This document shows positions 35,214 to 43,119 of a DNA stretch of 64,000 bases, in pieces. A program made the translations under genes and the position numbers. Each line of letters opens with the position of its first letter. Within the stretch, counting starts at the first letter, position 1. The notes beneath the pieces are model-generated. The model saw nothing but the letters and a program-made list of their open reading frames with translations, was not told where the DNA came from and did not search any database. This DNA comes from an uncultured delta proteobacterium (GTDB lineage Bacteria > Desulfobacterota > Desulfobacteria > Desulfobacterales > Desulfatirhabdiaceae): assembly GCA_963789395.1 (NCBI GenBank), contig CAWBKP010000020.1, positions 64,001 to 128,000 on the forward strand. Direction: 5' to 3'.

Positions 35214-36770
35214 ATGCAAGTTGTAAAGAGAATTTTTTTCATTTCGTTTCTGCTGGTTGCCGTCATGGCGCTTTTTATGGGACCTGCATCTGCTGCCGAG
35301 CAGAAAAAACCCAACATCCTTGTCCTCTGGGGCGATGATATCGGCTGGTTCAATATCAGCGCCTACAACATGGGCATGATGGGCTACAAAACGCCAAACA
35401 TCGACAGCCTTGCCAAACAAGGCGCGCTGTTCACCGACTGGTACGGCCAGCAGAGCTGCACGGCCGGCCGGGCAGCATTTATCACCGGGCAGTCGCCCAT
35501 CCGTACGGGACTCACCAAGGTCGGGCTGCCGGGTTCGCCCGAAGGCATGAGAAAGGAAGACCCGACCCTGGCTACGCTGCTCAAGGCCCAGGGCTACATG
35601 ACTGGCCAGTTCGGGAAAAACCATCTCGGTGACCGCGACGAGATGCTGCCGACCAACCACGGCTTCGATGAGTTTTTCGGCAACCTCTACCATTTGAATG
35701 CCGAGGAAGAACCGGAGCATCCCGACTATCCCAAGAACCCCGAGTTCAAGAAGAAATTCGGCCCGCGCGGCGTCATCCACAGCTTTGCAGATGGCAAAAT
35801 TGAGGACACCGGTCCCCTGACGAAGAAGCGCATGGAAACCGTTGACGAAGAGGTCACCGCCAAGGCGATGGACTTCATGGAACGGGCCAAGAAGGCGGAC
35901 AAGCCGTTCTTCATCTGGTGGAACAGCACCCGCATGCACATCTTCACGCATCTGAAGAAGTCGTCTGAAGGAAAGACCGGCCTTGGCGTCTATGCCGACG
36001 GCATGGTCGAGCATGACGGTCAGGTCGGGCAGATCCTCGATAAGCTGAAGGAACTCGGGCTCGATGACAACACCATCGTGATGTATTCCACCGACAACGG
36101 TTCGGAGTCCTTCTCCTGGCCCGACGGCGGAACCACGATGTTCCGGGGAGAGAAGAACACCAACTGGGAGGGAGGCTACCGGGTTCCGACGCTCATCCGC
36201 TGGCCCGGGGTCATCAAGCCCGGAACCGTCATCAACGACATCTGTGCGCACGAGGACATGCTTCCGACCCTGATGGCTGCGGTGGGTGATGCTACCGTCA
36301 AAGAGGACCTGCTGAAAGGCAGGAAAATCGGCAGCATGACTTACAAGGTCCATCTTGACGGCTACAACCTCCTGCCCGTGTTCAAGAATCAGGGTGTGTG
36401 GCCGCGCAAGGAGTTCATCTACTGGACAGATGACGGCAGTGTCGCGGCCCTGCGCTACGGTGATTGGAAGGCCACGTTCCTGAGGCAGGACGCTCACGGC
36501 ATGAAGGTCTGGCTGGAACCCTTCGTGGCGTTGCGCGCCCCCATGCTCACCAACCTGCGCATGGACCCGTTCGAACTTGCTCAGGACATCGGCATGGAGT
36601 ACGACCGCTGGTTCATCGACCATATGTTCATGATAGCCCCCGCGGCGGGCTATGTCGGAGAGTGGCTGCAGAGTTTCCGCGAGTTTCCCCCACGCCAGAA
36701 GCCCGGCAGCTTCAACCTCGACCGCGTGATGGAAGCGGTGACCAGTGGTCCAAAAGGCGGCAACAACTAA
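35214..36770 (+). CDS. Secreted Cys-type arylsulfatase
   Basis: Signal peptide (..PASA|AE), KPNILVLWGDDIG, QSCTAGRAAFITG (CxAxR), GKNHLGD, STDNG, WEGGYRVP. Confidence 0.92.
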   Translation: MQVVKRIFFISFLLVAVMALFMGPASAAEQKKPNILVLWGDDIGWFNISAYNMGMMGYKTPNIDSLAKQGALFTDWYGQQSCTAGRAAFITGQSPIRTGLTKVGLPGSPEGMRKEDPTLATLLKAQGYMTGQFGKNHLGDRDEMLPTNHGFDEFFGNLYHLNAEEEPEHPDYPKNPEFKKKFGPRGVIHSFADGKIEDTGPLTKKRMETVDEEVTAKAMDFMERAKKADKPFFIWWNSTRMHIFTHLKKSSEGKTGLGVYADGMVEHDGQVGQILDKLKELGLDDNTIVMYSTDNGSESFSWPDGGTTMFRGEKNTNWEGGYRVPTLIRWPGVIKPGTVINDICAHEDMLPTLMAAVGDATVKEDLLKGRKIGSMTYKVHLDGYNLLPVFKNQGVWPRKEFIYWTDDGSVAALRYGDWKATFLRQDAHGMKVWLEPFVALRAPMLTNLRMDPFELAQDIGMEYDRWFIDHMFMIAPAAGYVGEWLQSFREFPPRQKPGSFNLDRVMEAVTSGPKGGNN

Positions 36771-36804
36771 AGCTGCGCAGACCGGAAAGACGTGTCAATT
36801 CAGC

Positions 36805-36835
36805 AGGGCCGCGCCTGTTACAAGCGCGGCCTTTA
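36805..36835 (+). terminator. Probable terminator after the sulfatase
   Basis: ggccgcgc (36807-36814) / gcgcggcc (36824-36831) stem followed by a short T run. Confidence 0.55.
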
Positions 36836-37098
36836 CTCGGCCGAAATGCATCCTCCTTGTTCAAGGATGCAATATGGACCCTGCAACACCTTTCAACAGA
36901 TCTCCACCGTGATGAATGCGGCGATTATCGTCCAGGAAAATCTGTCAGTTTTTTGCGGGATCAGACGTTGAGTTTGCCTCCTGTTGCTTCAGATTCGGAA
37001 TTGGTGGCATGCGCTGTCTATAGGCCACAGTTACAGAACTTTGGACAACTGGAAATATCAGGGATATCGGAAAAAATTGCATGATAGGAGACAAGAAG

Positions 37099-38103
37099 AT
37101 GAAAACGTCATACAAGTTTAAATTTATCGCCGCTGCGTTCATCGGCTTGTTGGCTTTCACAACTTCCGTTGTACAAGCCGCCGATCCATTGCCGTCCTGG
37201 AAAGCGGGCAAGGCAAAGCAATCCATTATCGAATACGTTGAGAAGGTCACAAAATCCGGTTCGCCGGATTTCGTCCCTGTTCCCGAGCGCATCGCCGTAT
37301 TCGACAATGACGGCACGCTTTGGAGCGAGCAGCCGATGTATTTCCAGGCATTCTTCGTCTTCGACCGTATCAACCAACTGGCGCCGCAGCATCCTGAATG
37401 GAAGACCAGAGAGCCGTTCGCCTCGGTGCTCAAGGGAAATGTGAAATCCGCCATGGCTGGCGGCGAACACGCGCTTATCGAGATGGGCATGGCCACGCAC
37501 GCGGAAACGACGACCGAGGAGTTCGAGAAGATCGTCGCCGATTGGATCGCCACTGCGAAACATCCCAAGACGGGCCGGTTTTTCACTGAAATGGTCTTTC
37601 AGCCGATGATCGAAGTGCTTGCCTACCTGCGGGCGAACGATTTCAAGACCTTCATCGTCTCCGGTGGCGGTATCGAGTTCATGCGTCCGTGGACAGAGAA
37701 GGTCTACGGCATTCCGCCGGAGCAGGTTATCGGCAGCAGTATTAAAACGAAGTTTGAAATTCGCGACGGCCGACCGGTGCTTGTTCGCCTGCCGGAAATT
37801 AATTTCGTGGACGACAAGGCGGGCAAGCCGGTCGGCATCCAGATGCACATTGGACGCCGTCCCATCGCCGCATTCGGCAACTCCGACGGGGACCTGCAGA
37901 TGCTGCAATGGACCGCCGCCGGCAAGGGCGCAAGCTTCTGCCTCTACGTCCATCACACCGATGGTGAACGCGAATGGGCTTACGACCGAAATTCCAGCAT
38001 CGGGCATCTTGACAAAGGACTCGATGAAGCCATGGCAAAAGGCTGGACCGTTGCGGACATGAAGAACGACTGGAAGATCATCTTTCCATTCGAGAAGCGT
38101 TAA
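37099..38103 (+). CDS. Secreted HAD-superfamily hydrolase (nonspecific acid phosphatase-like)
   Basis: Signal peptide, DPLPSW, AVFDNDGTLWSEQP, IVSGGG, AFGNSDGD, HHTD..REWAYD. Confidence 0.88.
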   Translation: MKTSYKFKFIAAAFIGLLAFTTSVVQAADPLPSWKAGKAKQSIIEYVEKVTKSGSPDFVPVPERIAVFDNDGTLWSEQPMYFQAFFVFDRINQLAPQHPEWKTREPFASVLKGNVKSAMAGGEHALIEMGMATHAETTTEEFEKIVADWIATAKHPKTGRFFTEMVFQPMIEVLAYLRANDFKTFIVSGGGIEFMRPWTEKVYGIPPEQVIGSSIKTKFEIRDGRPVLVRLPEINFVDDKAGKPVGIQMHIGRRPIAAFGNSDGDLQMLQWTAAGKGASFCLYVHHTDGEREWAYDRNSSIGHLDKGLDEAMAKGWTVADMKNDWKIIFPFEKR

Positions 38104-38319
38104 CGGAACGGGGCAGAGGTCTCCTTCATTTCTTTTCCAGCGGTGAAATTATCTGCTTTGAGACACTTTACAAAACCGGGGCCTTTCATTATTATTGATG
38201 ATATATGCATGACCGGTATGGTTGCTATCTAACGGCAACGAACAGGATGCGCCGGAAGGGCCGCGGAAACATCCGTTGCGCCGGCACTCAGACGACTATT
38301 TAGAAAGGAAACAATTACC

Positions 38320-38793
38320 ATGAGCTTTGATTTCAATGCAGATGATATTTTTGAAATGGCGGAACAACTGGAGCGCAACGGCGCGAAATTTTACACGGAT
38401 GCCTCCGAGAACGTGGCGGATCCGACATCCAAAAAATTTCTGATTCAGCTGGCGCAGATGGAAGTACAGCATGAGAAGACATTTCAGGCCATGCGCGCCG
38501 GCCTGAATGAAAAAGAAAAGGCCGCCACGGTTTTTGATCCCGAGCATGAGGCCGTGCTCTATCTGCGGGCACTGGCCGATACCCGCGTGTTTTTTCAAAA
38601 GACGATCGATTTGAAATCCATGAAGGAAATTCTAAAGGCCGCAATCGAAGCGGAAAAGGATTCCATCGTATTTTATCTGGGGATGAAGGAAGTGGTCCCC
38701 GAAGGTCTGGGAAAAAGCCGGATCGACGGGATCATCAAGGAAGAAATGGGGCATATCCGGCTTCTCAGCAAGGAGCTTGTGGCGGCAAAATAA
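38320..38793 (+). CDS. Rubrerythrin/ferritin-like diiron protein without a rubredoxin domain
   Basis: ERNGAKFY, LAQMEVQH, AEKDSIVFY, EEMGH. Confidence 0.88.
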   Translation: MSFDFNADDIFEMAEQLERNGAKFYTDASENVADPTSKKFLIQLAQMEVQHEKTFQAMRAGLNEKEKAATVFDPEHEAVLYLRALADTRVFFQKTIDLKSMKEILKAAIEAEKDSIVFYLGMKEVVPEGLGKSRIDGIIKEEMGHIRLLSKELVAAK

Positions 38794-38801
38794 CCCAGAT
38801 G

Positions 38802-38836
38802 AAATCCCCCCTGGCCCCCCTTTTTCTAAGGGGGGA
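38802..38836 (+). repeat. REP-like palindrome family A, copy 1
   Basis: aaatcccccctggccccccttttt-ct-aagggggg; near reverse complement of 41422-41458. Confidence 0.8.
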
Positions 38837-38881
38837 AGCATTTTCGTGGCCCGTATTCATCATCTGCTGATAAACCGTTGT

Positions 38882-39568
38882 TTACGGAAGCTTCCCGTTT
38901 TCAGCCAGATCCTCCAGTCCGCTACGATCCAGAAGCTGGATTTCACTGCCCTGAACACTGATCAGCCGTGCAGCCGCCATTTTGGTGAAGATCCGGGAAA
39001 GCGTTTCGGGAATCGTCCCCAGCAAGCTTGCCAGCTGGCTTTTGGAGATGACAAGCTTGACGGAATCCGGGCATCCCTGTTCATCTGACAGGTACAGCAG
39101 ATAAGACGACAGCCGTCCGGGGACTTCCTTCAGGGAGAGGTTCTCGATCTGAACCGTAAATTCCCGAAGCCGCATGGACAACACCCCAAGCATGCTAAGC
39201 GCCAGAGAGGGGTTTTGATGAATCAGAGTCACAAAAGCGGCCTTCGGGAAAAACAGCAGGCTGGTTCCGGCAATGGCCTGGGCGGTGGCGGGAAACGGCC
39301 GGCCTGTAAACACAGGGACTTCTCCGAAGGGTTCCCCGGGGCCGAAAATATGCAGGATCTGCTCCTTGCCGTCGGGCGCAACTTTGAAAATCTTCACGCT
39401 GCCGCTGACAATGGTATAAAAGCCATTGCCGGCATCTCCTTCTGAAAAAATGATCTGCCCTTTATCGTAGTCCTTGCGCACCGTGATCGCACAGACCGCC
39501 TGCAGCGCACCCTCGTCAAGCCCGCTGAAAAGCGGGGTTTTTGAAACAATCTCTGTCGCGGTGTTCAT
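38882..39568 (-). CDS. hcpR: Crp/Fnr-family regulator HcpR
   Basis: IFSEGD, GSVKIFK..DGKEQILHIFGPGEPFGE, HTH LASLLGTIPETLSR; divergent from hcp. Confidence 0.88.
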   Translation of the reverse strand: MNTATEIVSKTPLFSGLDEGALQAVCAITVRKDYDKGQIIFSEGDAGNGFYTIVSGSVKIFKVAPDGKEQILHIFGPGEPFGEVPVFTGRPFPATAQAIAGTSLLFFPKAAFVTLIHQNPSLALSMLGVLSMRLREFTVQIENLSLKEVPGRLSSYLLYLSDEQGCPDSVKLVISKSQLASLLGTIPETLSRIFTKMAAARLISVQGSEIQLLDRSGLEDLAENGKLP

Positions 39569-39604
39569 GTTTTTTTCAATTATTTTCATTTTTTTCGGGT
39601 GATG

Positions 39605-39618
39605 TTGACTTAAGTCAA
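39605..39618. promoter_or_regulatory. HcpR/Fnr-type operator TTGAC-TTAA-GTCAA
   Basis: Perfect 14-bp palindrome between hcpR and hcp; TAAAAC at 39641-39646 sits where a class II -10 is expected. Confidence 0.85.
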
Positions 39619-39770
39619 GGACGTTGCGTTGAATATGGGATAAAACCGAACACAAGAAGAACGAAAATCACAGTTCAACAATACAGGCGGAAGTCGGAAG
39701 GACAATGCACCCTTCAGAAACCTTCTGCTCGAACCCCCAACCCAGATGATCATTATGAAAGGAGATCACC

Positions 39771-41384
39771 ATGTTTTGTTACCAATGCGAACAGACGTCA
39801 AAAGGCGAAGGATGCACCAAGATCGGTGTTTGTGGAAAGCAGCCGGAAGTTGCAGCCCTTCAGGATTTGTTGATTTATACGGTAAAAGGCCTGTCTCAGG
39901 TGGCGGTTGCAGCCAGAAAAGCAGGCATTGTGGATGATAGCATTAACCGCTTCACCTGTGAAGCCATTTTTTCAACGCTCACCAACGTGGATTTTGATCC
40001 GGACCGGTTTGTCAAGCTGATTCAGGAATGCATTGCCAAGCGAAACGCGCTGAAGTCCAGAATTCAGGCATCCCTTCCCGTGGGTCCCGCAGACTTCATA
40101 GCGGCCGGAACCCTTGATGGCATGGTCAAGCAAGGCGAATCCGTCGGCGTCAAGTCGGATGCTTCCATCAACCCCGATATTCTCTCCCTTCAGCAGCTGT
40201 TGATTTACGGCGTCAAGGGCCTGGCGGCCTATGCCGATCATGCCGCGATTCTGGGGCAATCCGATGACGCGGTCTATGCCTTTATTCAGGAAGCCATGGC
40301 GGCAACCCTGGACAAGAGTCTGGGGGTCAACGAACTGGTGGGCCTTGCCTTGAAGTGCGGCGAAGTCAATTTAAAGGCCATGGAGCTTCTGGATGCCGGC
40401 AATACCGGAACATACGGACACCCGGTTCCCACATCGGTTTCGCTGGGCGCAAAAAAAGGAAAGGCCATTCTCGTGTCCGGCCATGACCTGAAAGACCTGG
40501 ATGCGCTTCTCAAACAAACCCAGGGAAAAGGCATCAATGTTTATACGCACGGGGAAATGCTTCCCTGCCACGGGTATCCGGAACTTAAGAAATACCCCCA
40601 TTTTTTCGGCCACTACGGAACCGCATGGCAGAATCAGGCCAAGGAATTCGCAGCCTTTCCGGGCGCCATTTTAATGACCACCAACTGTATTCAAAAACCG
40701 AAGGAAACCTATCAGGACAATATCTTTACAACGGGACTTGTGGGCTGGCCGGGTGTTACGCACATCGCCACCAAGGACTTTTCACCGGTGATTGAAAAAG
40801 CGCTGGCGCTTCCAGGCTTTACCGAAGATGTTGCAGGCAAATCCGTGATGGTCGGCTTTGCCAGAAATGCGGTCATGGGGGTTGCGGGGGCTGTGATCGA
40901 TGCGGTAAAGAGCAAGGCTATCCGCCACTTTTTTCTGGTCGGCGGCTGCGACGGGGCCAAGCCCGGCAGGGATTACTACACGGAATTTGTGGAAAAAGTG
41001 CCTTCCGATTGCGTGGTGCTGACCCTTGCCTGCGGGAAATTCCGCTTTTTTGACAAGGATCTGGGCAATATCGGCGGCATCCCCCGGCTTCTGGATGTCG
41101 GACAGTGCAATGACGCCTATTCGGCGATTCAGATCGCCGTCGCCCTTGCCAATGCGTTCGGATGCGGGGTCAACGACCTGCCGCTTTCCATGATTCTGTC
41201 CTGGTATGAACAGAAAGCCTGCGTCATTTTACTGTCCCTGCTGCATCTGGGTATCAAGAACATTCGCCTGGGGCCAAGCCTGCCGGCCTTTATCACCCCC
41301 AATGTGCTGGATGTGCTGGTGAAAAATTTCAACCTCATGCCCATCAGCACGCCGGATGCCGATCTGAAGGCGATTTTGGGATAA
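39771..41384 (+). CDS. hcp: Hybrid cluster protein (hydroxylamine/NO reductase)
   Basis: MFCYQCEQT..GCT..GVCGK (C-x2-C-x8-C-x5-C), SGHD, THGEM, MTTNC, GGCDG, ACGK, GQCND, SWYEQKA. Confidence 0.98.
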   Translation: MFCYQCEQTSKGEGCTKIGVCGKQPEVAALQDLLIYTVKGLSQVAVAARKAGIVDDSINRFTCEAIFSTLTNVDFDPDRFVKLIQECIAKRNALKSRIQASLPVGPADFIAAGTLDGMVKQGESVGVKSDASINPDILSLQQLLIYGVKGLAAYADHAAILGQSDDAVYAFIQEAMAATLDKSLGVNELVGLALKCGEVNLKAMELLDAGNTGTYGHPVPTSVSLGAKKGKAILVSGHDLKDLDALLKQTQGKGINVYTHGEMLPCHGYPELKKYPHFFGHYGTAWQNQAKEFAAFPGAILMTTNCIQKPKETYQDNIFTTGLVGWPGVTHIATKDFSPVIEKALALPGFTEDVAGKSVMVGFARNAVMGVAGAVIDAVKSKAIRHFFLVGGCDGAKPGRDYYTEFVEKVPSDCVVLTLACGKFRFFDKDLGNIGGIPRLLDVGQCNDAYSAIQIAVALANAFGCGVNDLPLSMILSWYEQKACVILLSLLHLGIKNIRLGPSLPAFITPNVLDVLVKNFNLMPISTPDADLKAILG

Positions 41385-41421
41385 TTCACAGATTCATGAT
41401 AGCGGATTTATCGTGAAGATG

Positions 41422-41510
41422 ACCCCCCTTTGAAAAAAAGGGGGCCAGGGGGGATTTAAGACGTCTATATTACGGATAAATTCCCCTCGGTGCCCTTTTT
41501 CAAAGGGAGT
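41422..41510. repeat. REP-like palindrome family A, inverted doublet
   Basis: ccccccttt-gaa-aaaagggggccaggggggattt, a ~20-nt spacer, then degenerate aaattcccctcggtgccctttttcaaaggg. Confidence 0.8.
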
Positions 41511-41536
41511 GTAAGATCTGATTTTGGGAGGTAAAT

Positions 41537-42268
41537 ATGAAATGTCCGGGACAAGATACCCAGTACTGGAAGCCAGGAGCGATTTTTGAAACCACATGCC
41601 CCGAGTGCGGCGGCAGTGTCGAATTTTTCAAGGACGACACCACCCGCAAATGCCCGCACTGTCAGCACCGATTTGTCAATCCCAATATGGATTTCGGGTG
41701 CGCCGCATACTGCCAGTTCGCCGAACAATGTCTGGGAACCATGCCGGCCGAGCTTCTGGCCCAGAAGGATGACCTGCTCAAAGACCGGGTGGCCATTGAA
41801 ATGAAGCGGTATTTCAAAAGCGATTTCAAGCGGATCGGCCATGCGTCCCGGGTGGCCCGGTACGCGGAGCGGATTGCAAGATCCGAAAAAGGCAACATGG
41901 CGGTCATTCTGTGTGCGGCGTTTCTCCACGACATCGGCATTCACGAAGCGGAGCGAAAACACGGCAGCACAGCCGCCCGGTTTCAGGAACTGGAAGGTCC
42001 GCCCATCGCCAGATCCATTCTTGTAAAACTGGGTGCCAAAGCCGAACTGATTGATGAGGTCTGCGATATTGTGGGCCATCACCATCATCCCCGTGCCGAG
42101 GAGACCGCCAATTTTAAAGTTCTCTATGACGCCGATCTTGTCACCAATATTGAAGAAAACCAGAAGGAATCGCCGGCGTCCACGGACCGGCTGAACCAGA
42201 TGATCGAAAAATCGTTTTTAACCGAAAGCGGACGCAAGGTTGCCCGAGACACGTTGCTGTCAGAATGA
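41537..42268 (+). CDS. HD-domain protein with a Cys-rich N-terminal domain
   Basis: MKCPGQD..CPECG..CPHC..GCAAYCQFAEQC; HD motifs RIGH, LHDIG, HHH, YDAD. Confidence 0.85.
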   Translation: MKCPGQDTQYWKPGAIFETTCPECGGSVEFFKDDTTRKCPHCQHRFVNPNMDFGCAAYCQFAEQCLGTMPAELLAQKDDLLKDRVAIEMKRYFKSDFKRIGHASRVARYAERIARSEKGNMAVILCAAFLHDIGIHEAERKHGSTAARFQELEGPPIARSILVKLGAKAELIDEVCDIVGHHHHPRAEETANFKVLYDADLVTNIEENQKESPASTDRLNQMIEKSFLTESGRKVARDTLLSE

Positions 42269-42278
42269 GGAATGAGCC

Positions 42279-43028
42279 ATGAAAGTACTGAGAAAAATAA
42301 TTGAAATCGATGAGGCGCTTTGTGACGGCTGCGGCCAGTGCATCATAGGATGTGCGGAAGGCGCCCTGAAGCTTGTCGACGGCAAGGCGCGCGTTGTCGC
42401 CGACAAATATTGCGACGGCCTGGGCGCCTGTATCGGCGAATGTCCCACAGGCGCCTTGAAGATTATTGAACGCGAAGCCGATGAATTCGACGAGGCGGCG
42501 GTTGAAGCCCTTCTGGGGAAAACGCATGAAAAGGCTTCCGCGCCTGCCGGCGGATGCCCTTCTGCCGGGCTTCAGATGTTTTCCGCCCCATCCGCCTGTG
42601 AAAAAGCCAATCTGCCCGCGGCTCTGGATGCCGGTGACGACTCTTTCCTGTCCCACTGGCCGGTACAGATTCGCCTGGTCCCGTCCAATGCGCCGTTTCT
42701 TCACGGGGCGGATGTCCTGGTTGTGGCTGATTGCGTTCCAGTGGCCTATCCCTCCATTCACAAGGACTTCATGAAGGGCCGGGCCGTTATGATGGGATGC
42801 CCCAAATTCGATGATGCCCAGGGCTATATCGATAAATTCGCCAAAATCTGCTCCCATGCAGGCCTTAAGAGCATCACGGTGCTGAGCATGGAAGTTCCCT
42901 GCTGCTCGGGCCTTCCGATGATCGTAAAAAAAGGCCTTGAGATTTCAGGTGCGGCCATCCCTTTGACCGAGGTCGTGGTCAGCATCAAGGGTAAAATTCT
43001 GGAAATCAAGGAAAGAGAAGCTGCATAA
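42279..43028 (+). CDS. 2x[4Fe-4S] ferredoxin-domain protein with a Cys-rich C-terminus
   Basis: CDGCGQCIIGC, CDGLGACIGECP, GGCP, WPVQIRL, ADC, GCPKFDD, MEVPCC. Confidence 0.88.
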   Translation: MKVLRKIIEIDEALCDGCGQCIIGCAEGALKLVDGKARVVADKYCDGLGACIGECPTGALKIIEREADEFDEAAVEALLGKTHEKASAPAGGCPSAGLQMFSAPSACEKANLPAALDAGDDSFLSHWPVQIRLVPSNAPFLHGADVLVVADCVPVAYPSIHKDFMKGRAVMMGCPKFDDAQGYIDKFAKICSHAGLKSITVLSMEVPCCSGLPMIVKKGLEISGAAIPLTEVVVSIKGKILEIKEREAA

Positions 43029-43119
43029 ACGTTTTCGTTTCAATAAAGGGTTGGTTGTGATATGTGGCACCGATGTCACGCAAATCACGAACCGATAGCC
43101 TGCCCTGCAGGGCCGCGCG

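Noticed and set aside
43056..43082. TGGCAC and TGTGA half-sites upstream of SNF2
   Set aside because: No GC at -12 and no matching TCACA half-site.
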